Positions 12,506-27,430 of a stretch of 64,000 bases of DNA are shown one piece after another (position 1 is the first letter of the stretch; every line of letters starts with the position of its first letter). The translations under genes were made by a program, and so were the position numbers. Where the stretch lies: positions 5,022,001 through 5,086,000 of the forward strand of contig NC_043024.1 in the NCBI RefSeq assembly GCF_006345805.1, written 5' to 3'. This DNA comes from Octopus sinensis (Eukaryota). The notes under the pieces are model-generated. The model was not told the origin of the DNA and did not search any database. It saw only the letters and a list, made by a program, of their open reading frames with translations.

Positions 12506-13291
12506 TTATGGATCAACTTCATAACGAATACACTTGTGTTTAATTGAGTGATGTTTTTGTGAGAATGATTTACCACAGATGTCACAGCGATATGATTCCT
12601 CACCTGTGTGAATATGTTTGTGTTTAGTTAAGGTACTGCCATCAGAGTATGATTTACCACAGATATCACAATGATAAGGCTTCTCCCCTGTATGAATACG
12701 CTTGTGAATAGCTAAGCTATGAGCATGAGACAATGATTTACCACAGATATCACAGTGATATAGTTTGTCCCCTGTATGAATACGTTTGTGTGTAGTTAAG
12801 CTATGAGCACGAGAGAATGATTTACCACAGATATCACAGTGATATGGTTTCTCCCCTGTATGAACACGTGTATGTCGAATTAAGTGACTGTGATGAGACA
12901 ATGATTTACCACAGATATCACAGTGATATGGTTTGTCCCCTGTATGAACATGTTTGTGATTAGTTAAGCTACTGCCAACAGAGAAAGATTTACCACAGAT
13001 ATCACAGTGGTATGGTTTCTCCCCTGTATGAACACGTTTGTGATTAGTTAAGCTACTGCCAACAGAGAAAGATTCACCACAGATATCACAGCGATATGGT
13101 TTCTCGCCTGTATGAATACGTTTGTGCTTAGCTAAGCTATCGCTTCGAGAGAATGATTTACCACAGATATCACAAGTATATGGTTGTTCCTCTGTATGAA
13201 TTTGTTTGTGTTGATTGAATTTACTTTCTTCTAAGAATGATTTTTTGCAGATGTCACAGTCATATGATGATTTTCCTAATTCTTCAGACAT
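12506..13291 (-). CDS. C2H2 zinc-finger protein (paralogue B), 9 finger units
   Basis: Open 261-aa ATG-initiated ORF MSEELGKSSYDCDIC..., TGEKPY linkers, terminal finger SQKHHSIKHKCIR. Confidence 0.92.
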   Translation of the reverse strand: MSEELGKSSYDCDICKKSFLEESKFNQHKQIHTEEQPYTCDICGKSFSRSDSLAKHKRIHTGEKPYRCDICGESFSVGSSLTNHKRVHTGEKPYHCDICGKSFSVGSSLTNHKHVHTGDKPYHCDICGKSLSHHSHLIRHTRVHTGEKPYHCDICGKSFSRAHSLTTHKRIHTGDKLYHCDICGKSLSHAHSLAIHKRIHTGEKPYHCDICGKSYSDGSTLTKHKHIHTGEESYRCDICGKSFSQKHHSIKHKCIRYEVDP

Positions 13292-16200
13292 CTCTTCAAG
13301 AAAAATAAAATCAATCCTTCAAGTTTTACAGATCAACAACTTTTCAAAAATATTTCTCCTCTCACCAAAATATATGCATATTTTTCTTCTTTTTGCTTTT
13401 ATAGTTTATTCCTAAAAAATATCACTTCTGTTATATTTCTTCTAAATGTGATCATTGCCAATATTTAAAAATGTTGCAAATACTCTTTGGAAATCTATCA
13501 AAGTATATTTAAAAGAGAAAATTATCTATTCCACATTTCAGACACAGAAGTAAAGAAATGCTTTCTCTCACAGAGGAAATATTTTACTGTAATTCAGCAA
13601 TGTTTTATAGAAGAAGAATTATATGTTTGTAGAATATCTTTGCAGAGTCTTTCAAACATGATACATAATGATGATTCTTTAAAAGTAAAAAATACTTATT
13701 AGCCAATTTCATATGATTTTTCTGAAAGAATAGAAAAAATAATATAAGACATGAAGCATGTTTAAAAGGCAGATATTCAAAAGTGCAAATTTATGACATT
13801 TCTGTTTCCATAAATTGTAGAATTAATCCTTTATCTGAACTATTAAATTTATCCCATCTCTGTTTTCAAGAGGTTTATATCACAGACACATCCATCGTAA
13901 TAACACCTCCTGGACATTGCGTCTGTCCCAGACACACACACACACATCAATATACATGTCAATGACAGTAGATATCTGATGTTTTCACCTCAGTGTTCTA
14001 TTGTATCAACACAGGTTTGTTTTATAACATAGATATCACTCCTCCTCTGCCTCTTTCTGTATATGCATAAATATACAAATATATATATGTGGTTAGCTTA
14101 ATGTTAACCTTTTGTTGAGCATAAAAGATGCATAAAAGTCAGTAAATAATATTGATGTCTGACTTGCAGCATCAAAATCTTTTGTGGGGAATTTTTGATG
14201 TTAAGAAAAATTGTTGGTTGATGAAATTGGTGACAATCCTTCTCCATGGGGCAAATGGCAGAGGCTTCAATGAAGTCTATCCTTATTTTACTGAAAACTA
14301 TAATTTCTTTTCATTGTAATGCACATAGTTTTAAAATTTAACCATTCTTGTTTTTTTCTTTTAATTATAAATTCTTACACGTTATAATTAATGTTTCTCT
14401 TCCTTGTTGCTTCAAAACGAAATATTGTTCATCTGGATCAGTGAAAAATATATTCATATTAAATATATACGCACTACGAAGAAAGAAAAGGATAACTTGC
14501 ATAATTAATTGAAAATAATTGAAAATAACATTAAAAAAAGGGTGCAATTCTGCTTTAAACATTAAATTTTTCCCCCATTTTTCTGTGGAATTTTCGGAAA
14601 ATTTTTCCAAATTTGTGATCTACATTATGAAAGAAATTGTTTTTTCAATTTTTCCCGTTTTAAAAAAAAATTGCCACTCTAAAACCTTGCCTGATTAAAT
14701 CCCAACGACGGCCCATTGAATGTGTTTATGTGGAGAAGGATATCTTTTCTACTCTAGGCACAAGGCCAGAAATTTTGGGAGAGGGGACCCAGTGGATTAG
14801 ATAGACCCCAGTACGCAAGTGGTACTAAATTTATCGACCTCGAAAGGATGAAAGGCAAAGTCGACCTCGACGGAATTTGAACTCATGTGCTAACGATTCT
14901 ACCAGCTCGCCGGTTTTATACGGAGAAAAATACTGAAAAACGTCAGCACATCAGAGTGACAAAGAAACTAGGGAGGTATCAGGTGGTCGTGAGATGTGCG
15001 AAAAATAACAGCTAAATAGCTCTTAAAGCACACAGTTTTTGTTTGTTTGTTGAATTCTCGTGTGTAGAATATGTATTTGCAAAGATTTTCTGAATATTCC
15101 GAACGAAACAAACCCTAGATATTAATTGTAAGTTGTAATGATGCAGAAGAACCACCAGAAATAAAGACTTCCTACGTCTCAAATAAAAGCTGTTCCATTT
15201 CCTCTCGATACGATATTTGCTTTTCGTTTCAGTATTTCAAGTGCACACTCGTATTTTTATACATTCCCCATTTCTTACTAATTACATCGTAATTTTCCCG
15301 CATTTAACGAAATTGTGAAATTTACACGTTAGAAAGAAAGATAAATGTTATCTAAACAAGGGATTGATCCGACGTTTTTACAAATAATTCAGAAAATAAC
15401 CAAAAGTGCAATGAAATGTCTAAAAGAAAACGACAACACAATGAAAGTATGAAAATTACAGCCTTTCGTATAATTTCGTCTTACGGAGATTTTTTTTTCT
15501 TTTAACTCTCTCAACACATCGAAACAAATAAATGTACATAATACGACACATATATAATAGAAATGTTTAAATAAATACTTACATAGTAATAGATATGGAG
15601 AGAAAGAGTGAAGGAGGAAGATGTGAGAACTGGAGTCAGAGTGGACAACGACAGCTTCAAGAGAATTTCTAGGTTTCTACAACAAACGTTTAATATTTTT
15701 CTGGTTCACATAATCATAAATGCCGTATCTGTTTCTTTAGACACTTAATTACCAATCATTTGTATATATTTGATTGGGTTTTCTCTTAAATATCAGTTGT
15801 CAAGTGGAACTGATCAAACAATCAAGGTGCGTGAGAAACAAGAACAAGAAATACACTTAATGAGGAAGAGTTTTTACAATGAACAAAGGGAACTAACTCC
15901 AATTTCTTTATTATGATTATACAATCGTTACATAGAAGGACAAATACAGGACATACATGCAAAAAACAGTTAAGAGGTTCGATTAAAAATTTTCCATAAC
16001 ATTTGGATTATTCATTATAAAAATTCGTCTGTAAATTGTCCTTTACATGACCAATAGAATATTATAACATTACATAAACTTTCGATCTTACCGAAGTTTT
16101 AAACCCCGGCAATTTATAAGGCCCCGCAGCTTTTGTTTCCTCTCCTCCCTCCATAGTTAAGCTGGGTTTCTGACACCCACCTTTTTTTCCACTTCCTTCC

Positions 16201-18239
16201 ATCTTTTCTCATACACACCCCGTGGTAAGATCCTCTTTTCCAGCCCCATTTTGCTCTTCAGATGATATCTGTCAAGGACATTTTCCACATAATTATCAAT
16301 GGCCCCCTCCCCTGCAATAGAACACAAATTTTTCCACTCATTCATCGGGAGGGGCCTCAACTCCATCGCTCGGTGGCACACATCCCACCGACGAGGTTTC
16401 CTTCTTCTCCCCCTCTGGTGGCACACATCCCAACAAAGGGGTCTCGGAGCACACCACCGCTGGCGATGCCGTGTTTTTCTTTTTTTTCCCCCTTCTTCAC
16501 AGCAACAGGGTGGGGTTCCCCCGGCTTGTCCGTAGATCCCTCCAGCCACCTCGGGATCCATACAGCCACTCCTATCCCTGGATATTTCATGAAATTAATA
16601 GCAAACCTATTTGGTTATTTCTGAAAATTTTATCTAAAACCTTGAAAGTGTAGCCAGTGTTGCATCCGTATCAAAAGATAGTCACCCATTGAAATATAAT
16701 AATGACTCAATGTACTTCATATAGCTTATATATTTTATGCACAATTTTATAGACTTAATACACAGCACTCATAAAATAAATATTCACTCTTATTTTTCCA
16801 TTTTGACCATAAACAGATAAAATTACATTTTGGAATTGAAATGGTCAAATTTTTCACCCAGAAACAAAAGTTGTATAGTAAAATATAGGAGTCACAATTT
16901 CATGTGAGTAAAAAATTGAACGTAACATGGCATACACTGAAAACCACATCATTGGTAACTTATAAGCCAAGGTGATGGGTCAGAGCTAATACAAATTTCA
17001 ATTTGTAGGTGATACCACCACCATCATCTCTCTCTCCATCTTTCTTTAATCTCACCATCAGAACATCACCCATCTGCTAAATTTATGTTTCTAACTCTCC
17101 TTTCTACCTCTACCTTCAACTGACTTTTATAAGCATAAATTAACTATTACATTCCCCTCATCACACATCGTACAAGCTTAATTCTCAGTCATTTCTCTCC
17201 TTCTTTTTCTCTAGTCACATCAACAGTGTTACTGACAGGCTAAGTAACATAATGACCAGCAGAATTAGTATAACATCACCTTTCTCTACATCTTCCCCCC
17301 ATTTCTTCAATCCTCCCTCTCTCCCATGCTTATTCCACTATTCTGGTCAGCAGGGAAAACAGATGATGATAAGTGTGTAACAACTGAGCAAACAAGCTCT
17401 TTATTATATATACATCTGTGTGTGTGTGTGTGTATTATTTTTGTGGGAGGGTTGGATATTATTTGCAGAGTAATTACATATTAAATGAGGAGACCAGAGA
17501 AAAGTTTGATATTATTTATTCACCATTACATGTGTTTCATTTCCTAATAGGAATTACAAATATTTAGATGTTAATTAAAAATGTAAAAGATTTCCTATAA
17601 GAAATTCTTCAGACATACATCTGTGTGTGTGTGTACCCTTGTCCAGATATTATGTGATGTTCGTAAATGGCCATCATGACTGTCATACTTGTGCAGTTGT
17701 TCACTTCCAGTCCTCTGTGTAAAATATGTCTCACCAGGGAAAATATTTCCTTGCTTGGAAACAGGTGAGGATTGGTCACGAGAAAGGTACCCAGATGTAG
17801 AAAATCTCCATCAATGAATTCCATCTGATCCACAGAAGCATGAATAGGAGAATGTCAAATGATGAGGATCATCATCATGGTTCCTCTTCTGTATGAATGC
17901 ATTTACATTTCAATAATTGATCATTTTCATAGATTGATTTAGCACAAATAGCTTAGGTTACAGTTATATCTTTCATATTAATAGGACTGTGTACAAACAA
18001 TTCACCATTTTGATAGAATGATTCAGGTTTAACATCACAGTGATATGTTTTCCTTCCTCTGTCAATGCTCTTTTGATTCAATAATGGATGATTTCATGTC
18101 AAAGATTTACTATAGATGTCACATTCATATAGTTTCTATATTCTGTGGATGTCTTTATAATATAGTTTCAATCATGCGTAGAGATTTTCCTGAGGAACAA
18201 GCTTGTCCTTCTAAGGGAATGTTATACAATAATTGTCAC

Positions 18240-19204
<965 letters not shown>

Positions 19205-19380
19205 TTATGTTTTACCTATCAATAGCCTTTCAAAAATATTTCTTCTCTCACCAAAATATATTTTTGCTTTTATAGCTTTTATAGCTTATTCCAAACAAAT
19301 ATCACTTGTCTTATATTTCTTCAAAATGTGATCATTGCCAATATTTAGAAATGTTGCAAATATTTTTGTAAATCCATCAA

Positions 19381-20305
19381 AGTAAGGCGACGCTGGTAAC
19401 AATCATGCTTGAATGGTGCTTTTTACGTTCCACCGGCATGGAAACCGATTAGCTGCTCTGGCAACGATCACACTCGGATGGTGCTCTTAGCGCTCCACTA
19501 GCATGGATGCCAGTCTTCGAATTCGATTTCACTTGCCTCAACAGGTCTTCACAAGCAGAGTTTAGTGTCCAATGAAGGAAAGGTACGTATAAGTGGGCTG
19601 GTTACACCTGGCATAGGCTTCACCACTTCATCCCAGGTCTTCCTGGGTTTACCTCTTCCACAGGTTCCTTCAACCGCTAGGGCGTGGCACTTTTTCACAC
19701 ATCTATCCTCATCCATTCTTGCCACATGACCATACCAGCTCAGTTGCTACTCTTGCACACATCTCATGCTTCTTGGGTCCAACTTTTCTCTCAAGGTACT
19801 TACACTCTGTCGAGTATGTACACTGACATTACACATCCATCGGATCATACTGGCTTCATTCCTTATGAGCTTACGCATGTCCTCACCAGTCACGGCCCAT
19901 GTTTCACTCATGTAGCATGGCTGTTCGTACACGTGTCATACATCTTTTACTCTGAGTGAGAGGCCCTTTGTCACCAGCAGAGGTAAGAGCATCCTGTCTT
20001 GAATTCCTCTGTTATTGTCTGGAATTCTTCACTGTACACGTTGCCAACCCTCACCTTACTGACAGTGTCCCTGTACATAGCTTAAACAGCTCTCACTAAC
20101 CATTCATCTATCCCTAGTTTCCTCATTGACAACCAGATAAGGGATCAAGGGACCCTGTCAAAGGCTTTCTCCATGTCAATGAAAGCCAGGTACAGAGGTT
20201 CATCTTTGGCTAGGTATTTCTCCTGCAGCTGTCTTACCAGAAATATAGCATCAGTGGTGCTTTTCCCTGGCACAAACCCAAACTGAATCACCTGTAAACT
20301 GACTC
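19381..20305 (-). mobile_element. RTE fragment, segmental-duplication copy of 55391-56540
   Basis: Near-identical to 55391 onward (agtaaggcgacgctggtaacaatc...), sharing the internal deletion junction region and flank. Confidence 0.87.
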
Positions 20306-21420
20306 CCTAATTAGTTAGGCTATGACCCTTTCTATGACCTTCATTGCCTGATCTATACATATATATATATATGATAACCAGCTTGTGTGTCAGGCCGACC
20401 AAAGCCTTGTGAGTGGATTTGTAGATGGAAACTAAAAAGAAGTGGGTTGTATATACGTATAAATATATATATATGTATGTGTGTCTGTGTTTGTCCCCCC
20501 AAACATCACTTGACAACTGATGCTGGTGTGTTTATGTCCACGTAGCTTAGCGGTTCTGCAAAAGAGACCGATAGAATAAGTATTAGGCTTAAAAGTAAAG
20601 CATGGCCGCAATCAAATGACTGAAACAAGTAAAAGAGTAAGGAGATATGTGTATTATTTTTGCGGGAGGTTTGGATAATATTTTGCGCAAGATAATTACC
20701 TATCACATAAGGAGACCGGAGAAAAGTTTGGTATTATTTATTCAGCATTACATATGTTTCATTTCCTAATAGGAATTATAAACTTTTAGATGTGTAGAGA
20801 ACATGTAAGATATTTCCTATAAGAAATTCTTCAGACATACATAAGTGTGTGTGTGTGTACCCTTGTCCAAATATTATGTGAGTGTTCGTAAATGGCCATC
20901 ATGACCGTCATACTTGTGCAGTTGTTCATTTCCGGTCCTCTGCGTAAAATATGTCTCACCAAGGAAAATATTTCCTTGCTTGGAAACAGGTGAAGATTGG
21001 TGAAAGGAAAGGCATCCAGCTGAAGAAAATCTCCAATGAATTCCATCTGATCCATGGAAGCATGGAAAAGTGATGAGGATCATCATCATCATCATCATCA
21101 TCATCATAGTTCGTCTTCTGTATGAATGCAGTTATGCTTTAATAATTGATAATTTTCACAGATTGATTCAGCACAAATATCTTGAGGTATGGATATATCT
21201 TTCATATTAATAGGACTGTGTACAAACAATTCACCGTTTCGATAGAATGATTAAGCACTGCTATCACAGTGATATGTTTTCCTTCTTCAGTCAATGCTCT
21301 CTTCATTCGTTAAAGGATCATTTCAAGTGAAAGATTTACTAGAGATATCACATTCATAACATCGTTTCAATCAAGTGTAGAGATTTTCCTGAGGTACAAG
21401 CTTGTCCTTCTGAAGGAATG

Positions 21421-22674
21421 TTATACAACAATGGGGTCCTTTGCATAACAAATACACTTGTGTCTAATTAAGTGATGTTTTTGTGTGAATGATTTACTGC
21501 AGATATCACAATGATATGGTTTTAGCCCAGTATGAGTAAGTATGTGTGTACTTAAGATACCCTTTTGAGAAAACGACTTGCCACAGATATCGCAGTGATA
21601 TGGTTGCTCACCTGTATGAACACGTTTGTGTGTCGTTAAGTTAGCTGTCTGACTGAATGATTTGCCACAGATATCACAGCGATATGGTTGCTCACCTGTA
21701 TGAATACGCTTGTGTCTGGTTAAGTAAACTGCCTGACTGAATGATTTGCCACAGATATCACAGTGGTATTCTTTGTCCCCTGTATGGATTTGTTTGTGAA
21801 TATCTAAGCTATGAGAAAATGATTCACCAGAGATATCAGAATGAAATGGTTTCTCACCTGTATGAATACGCTTGTGTTTAGTTAAGCCAATCTTTTCAGT
21901 AAAAGATTTACCACATAAATCACATTGATATGGTTTCTTCCCTGTATGGATACGTTTGTGCTTAATTAAGCTACTATCATCAGAAAATGATTTACCACAA
22001 ATATCACAGGGATATGGCTTCTCCCCTGTGTGAATACGTTTGTGTTTGGTTAAGCCACTGTTTTCAGGGAAAGATTTACCACAGATATCACAAGGAAATG
22101 GTTTCTCCCTTGTATGGATATGCTTATGTTTAGTTAAGCTGCTGTCATCAGAAAATGATTTACTACAGATATTACAGGGATAAGGTCTTTCTCCTGTATG
22201 AGTACGTATGTGTCGAGTTAAGTGACTGTCATTGGAGAATGATTTACAACAGATATCACAGGAATATGGCTTCTCCCCTGTATGAATACTCCTGTGTTTA
22301 GTCAAGCCACTGTTTTCAGGGAAAGATTTAACACATATATCACAAGGAAATGGTTTCTCCCCTGTATGAATACGCTTGTGTTTAGTTAAGTTACAGTTTT
22401 CAGGGAAAGATTTACCACATATATCACAAGGAAATGGTTTCTCCCCTGTATGAATACGTTTGTGCCGAGTTAAGTGACTGCCATTTAAGAATGATTTACC
22501 ACAGATACTACAGTGATATGGTTTCTCCCCTGTATGAATTTGTTTGTGTTGATTAAATTTACTTTCTTCTAAGAATGACTCTTTGCAGATGTCACAGTCA
22601 TATGATGGTTTTCCTAATTCTTCCGACGTCTCTTCAAGAAAAATAAAATCAATCCTTAAAGTTTTACACGTCAA
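21421..22674 (-). CDS. C2H2 zinc-finger ORF (paralogue D), 14 finger units (1 broken), no in-frame ATG
   Basis: 417-codon open frame. The annotated start is TTG, the paralogous ATG reads ACG (gag acg tcg gaa), and the translation has no internal Met. Confidence 0.8.
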   Translation of the reverse strand: MTCKTLRIDFIFLEETSEELGKPSYDCDICKESFLEESKFNQHKQIHTGEKPYHCSICGKSFLNGSHLTRHKRIHTGEKPFPCDICGKSFPENCNLTKHKRIHTGEKPFPCDICVKSFPENSGLTKHRSIHTGEKPYSCDICCKSFSNDSHLTRHIRTHTGERPYPCNICSKSFSDDSSLTKHKHIHTREKPFPCDICGKSFPENSGLTKHKRIHTGEKPYPCDICGKSFSDDSSLIKHKRIHTGKKPYQCDLCGKSFTEKIGLTKHKRIHTGEKPFHSDISGESFSHSLDIHKQIHTGDKEYHCDICGKSFSQAVYLTRHKRIHTGEQPYRCDICGKSFSQTANLTTHKRVHTGEQPYHCDICGKSFSQKGILSTHILTHTGLKPYHCDICSKSFTQKHHLIRHKCICYAKDPIVV

Positions 22675-24420
22675 TAACTTTTCACAAATTTCTCTCCTCT
22701 CACTAAAATATATGTTTCTTCTTTTCGTTTTTATAGTTTATTCCAAACAAATATCAATTTTGTTAGATTTCTTCTAAATGTGATCATTGCCAATATTTAA
22801 AAATGTTGCAAATACTCTTTGGAAATCCATCAAAGTATATTTAAAAGAGAAAATTATCTCTTGCACATTTCAGACACAGAAGTAAAGAAATGCTTTCTCG
22901 CTCAGAGGAAATATTTTACTGTAATTCAGCAATGTTTTATAGAAGCAGGATTATACATTTGTAGAATATCTTTGCAGAGTCTTTCAAACATGATACATAT
23001 TGATGATTCTTTAAAAGTAAAAAATACTTTTTAGCCAATTTCATGTGATTTTCTGAAAGAATAGAAAAAATAATATAAGACATCAAGTAAGTTTAAAAGG
23101 CAGTTATTCAAAAGTGCAAATTTACAACATTACTGTTTTTACAAATTGTAGAAGTAATCCTCTATCTGAACTATTAAATTTATCCCATCTATTTTCAAGA
23201 GGTTTATATCACAGACATATCTATCGTAATAACACCTCCTGGACATTGCGTCTGTCCTAGACACACACCAATATACATGTCAATAACACTAGATATCTGA
23301 TGGTTTCACCTCAGTCATGTGTCGTATTAACACAGCTTTGTTTGGTAACATAGACATCACTCCTCCTCTGCCTCATTCTGTACATTCGTAAATACACAAA
23401 TACATAGATACGGGCAGCTTAATGTCAAAAGCCTTAAATTTGATTGAGTGATGGTGCAAAAAGCTGTACTATTGTCCATTAATAGCTCATCTACAAGCCC
23501 CCATTCCAAACACACTGATTGCAGCACTTCTGCAGCATTACCACCTGATTTCTCTCCATGATGCCATCCACCCTGGCCCACAATCCACCATTGCAAGATG
23601 TACCTTACCCAAGAGTGTGTCGCATCAATGGATAACCTTTGCTAATCCAACTTTTCAACGATTTGTTTACAACCCTTTGTTTTACCCTACAGCCCTTTAT
23701 GATCCCAAATATCACTGCTTCCCTTTCATTTCTCTCTCCATCTGCCCCATCCCCTACCTACCCCCACATTCTGGTGACCCTTTTAAAGAGCTCTTTATCC
23801 CATTCGTTACGTAGGTCAGTCTTTGAAATCTACTGGTTTGCTTTTTTCATGCTCAACTTTGTTGCTTGCTCCAGGGCAGGTAATTTGCAAGACTTATTTA
23901 TCTATGGTCCAAACCAGAAAACAAAAGAATGTTGTTTACCCAGAAGCTCTTAGATAATTTCCTTCAACATATGTCATAGAATTTCACTCCTTTCATAAAA
24001 GTTGTAAATTTTGTTTTTTTGTTTTATTATTATTATTATTGTTATTTCTTATGAATTCAGAATTGAATCCCAATAAAGAATGAATTATATCCAATTGAAG
24101 AATAAACTGAAATTACAGTAACAAATTTCTTTGCAACATATTCTGCTTTATTTCTTCCAATATGTGAGGAAAAATTTCATTGCCAGTCAATGCTGGGTGC
24201 CTCTGCTGGTTCATTATATAATCTTACTCTTACATGTTGTTAATCATTATTCATGATTATTATTATAATTATTTAATTAAAAAATGTTTTGTAATTTTAT
24301 TTTTGGGTATGAAATGAAACAATTGTAGGTGATGATATTAAATAATTCCTAAAATAATTTATATCCAATAGATGTCGCCATTTTCTAACTTATTAATAAT
24401 ACCTATAATGTATATATATA

Positions 24421-26869
24421 CTAGCAGACATTCCCTGCGTTGCCCGTGTTACATGCAATTGAAGAATTAGACTTTTCTGTAATGAACTTGAATACCTATG
24501 ATTCGAATTTCATCAAAATTGCAGAAATTGTAATCATGACACACGTATCCCATACTACTGATTTTTATGCACAGATTCCAAAATTCCAGTCTTATGGAAC
24601 CTGTTAAAAGGATTTTGCTCCTGAAAACTGGAGGTCATGGGGCTCTAAAATGTGTGAGTTACGGCCCCTATTGGGGGTGGGTGTTTTAATGTCAAGCAGA
24701 GAAGTTGAATTCTTGAGAATGTATGTAACTTGGGTCTTATATCTATTGTTTGAATTTGTTTGAAGGAGAAATGAAAGTGTCATGTTTGGAGTTTGCAAAT
24801 GACCACTATACTGATACGTAACTGGGAAGAATAAATTTACAATCTACAAATGTCTTTGAATAACCAGTCACTCATCTGGGAAGGCCTTGAAATCAATGTT
24901 ACCATCTGGGGACTATGTGTGACCCAGTGATAATAAAAGACTGAAAGGAGGTCTGCAACCAAAATAACTTTACTCGACACATTGCAACTGAATTAGTGGA
25001 GGCAAAGATGCCTCTCATTTACTTAACAATTTATGCACCACATTGTAGAAATCAGAATCGAAGTATATCTCAAAGCAAAGTCTTACACTGTTGTACATTG
25101 ACATTGAATTACAAATAATGCTCATTTTTTATGCTCGGGTGACCCTACAGCTTCCAAGAGTACAACTGTATTCATCTTTGCTTAGATAAAATGAGTAAAT
25201 TGTGGGTGTTAAGTCCCCATAAAGAGGTCTTTTTAACTTCTAAGAAGATGAAATTTTATTAATATTACTTCATTTGTATCTAATATGTATGGTTAAAATT
25301 TCTTCAATGGCATAAATATATGAATTGTCATGGGGGTTATGGCCCTTATGCATAGAATATAATTTCCAAATTTCATAAAGATTCCTTCAGTACTTTTAAC
25401 CCATTCGTTACTATATTTCTGACCAAAATACACCCCTTATGTGTTTTAATTAATTTCTAACATAATCATAAATTTAGTCTGGTTTCATTAAACAACTATA
25501 ACTTTTTTATTTATCAATATATTAACGTGAATTTTGGAAGATAATTTAATGAAATATTCTCAACCAATTCTATACTATAATTTTTGTCACAAAGTGACTC
25601 TAATTGCAGGTAGATACAGGTAAATTCCACAAATATAAAATTATTAAAATTTTGTTCAAACATCGCTATAGAATATATATTCAATTGGGTATATAACAAA
25701 ATTTTACGATAGAATTTGTTATTCTGGGTAACTTTCTGATACCCACAATAATATTTATGACAAAATAGTCTTAATTTCATTTAAGGTTATGGGAAACCAC
25801 TAACTATCCTTTCTTTCGCTTTGTTTACATTTAGCATAGCGGTTCGTTTCCGCCGTAATGATTTCAAATAGGCTCATTCGAAAAAGTAAAAAGAAATAGT
25901 CTAAGGCTTTACTCTTCTGGGAAAGTCTGTGGCTTGGTCCAGTTTCTTCAGAAAAATTACCGAAAGAAACAGTTTTTAAATTTTCACTCCATTCAGGAGC
26001 CAATTCATTTTCTTTATCGCTGTCGGAGCTCTTGGATTCACTGTTTTCACTTTCGGAAAATGAAACATCAGATTCATTATCAAATACCACGTGCTTTTTT
26101 TTTTCAGTCATAGAGTTAGATTTATGAAGGTCTTCAGTAGGAAATCCTTCGAATTCTGACTCGCTGCTTGATATAATGAAATTCGTATCCATTTTTATCA
26201 GAATTACAAATTTGAAAACACAATAAGAAAACAAATTTCGGAAAAAAAAAATCTCCCAAAATTCACGGAATAAAATTACACTTCGATTGTTGTACAAAAC
26301 TGTAGTTGAACTGTTACGAAGTATAATACGTGTTTTCACGAATGTACTAAAGAGATTGCTCTGATATTCTCATTAAATATGAATAGGTAAATACGGGCGT
26401 TTGGTCACATTAACCAAAACGGGCGGTTTTGGTAACGAAAGGGTTAACCTAGTTTTGGATCATAAAAGAAATGACTAAATTTGGGAGTTAAATCCCCCTT
26501 TAGAGTGTCTTAGAATCCTGTGAGAAGTGGAAACTTTGAGAATACTTTTTGATGCTTGTCGATTACCCATGGTTGAATTTCATCAACATCAAAAATTTAT
26601 GATTTTCATGGGGTTCTGTCCCCTTTAAGCCATCTGAAATTCAACCAAAAATATTGCATTTATCCATCCTTATGCATTGAATCTAAGTTCCAAATATGAT
26701 AAGGATCCATTCAGTAATTTTGGTCCATGAAATTGTATGAAAACACAACATTACTCTTCTCCAAGGCTTGGATTTTGTGTTCCAAATTTCATTAGGATCG
26801 GTGCAGCAGTTTTCAAATGTATAAGTAACACAACCAAACACATAAAGACATTGACCTTGATATAATAGA
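24421..26869 (-). mobile_element. Non-autonomous Helitron with both termini
   Basis: On the minus strand it starts A|TCTATTATATC at 26869 and ends cacgggcaacgcaggg..CTAG|T at 24421, the canonical AT insertion site. The same 5' end recurs at 33625-33712. Confidence 0.78.
25400..26443 (-). mobile_element. Internally deleted piggyBac nested in the Helitron
   Basis: TTAA|CCCATTCGTTAC ... GTAACGAAAGGG|TTAA. ORF 25800..26339 has an acidic N-terminus then GPSHRL..ALDYFFLLF..IITAETNRYA (piggyBac transposase N-terminus) and stops there. Confidence 0.88.
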
Positions 26870-27189
26870 TATGAATGTGCACATATACATACATGTATAT
26901 ATATACATGTATGTATGTATGTATTCTATATATATATATATATCTATACACACACTCACAGAAAAATTGATAGATACAACTGAGTGGGCAAAGAAAGATA
27001 TGAGACACAGCCTAGTGCTTTTTTTATGTTGATAAGCCTGGTGTTTATCCTGTCAGTTTTGGAGATGTAAATAAACGAACAGCAGTGATGAAGGTGAAGC
27101 ATAGAGACAAAGACACATATAAATTTACACACATACATACGATTGATTTCTTTCAGTCTCTGTCTACGAAATCCATATGTATATATATA

Positions 27190-27430
27190 GGTAAAATGAG
27201 ACATACTTATCTGCATGGCCGAAACAGCTGTCAGTTATAATGTATATGTATTTTTATATCTTGTTATATTTATTTAGTTATACCTCACTATATTGATTGT
27301 AATTATTGTACTGTATTAATGTCTAATCTTAATGCTCTTGTGTAGTGTTTTAATAAAGTATATGATTCGGTATTATCTGATAGTTGATGAATGATTTAGA
27401 TAGATTTCTCCATTTTCTTATTTGTATTAT
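27190..27430 (+). mobile_element. 5'-truncated copy of the hammerhead element family (3' half of ribozyme + tail)
   Basis: gtaaaatgagacat...catggccGAAACAGCTGTC (GUC triplet at 27230-27232), then an AT-rich tail ending ctccattttcttatttgtat+(TA)n as at 7050-7230. The CTGANGA half is absent. Confidence 0.7.

Noticed and set aside
13215-13702. ORFs antisense to or upstream of ZNF starts that recur in paralogues (also 22583-23034, 58537-58987, 61273-61503)
   Set aside because: They recur only because the flanks are duplicated; starts and stops vary between copies, and there is no domain signal.
25040-25200. Possible Helitron helicase C-terminal remnant (QLY...SCRVT) on the minus strand
   Set aside because: Too degenerate to support without a profile search.
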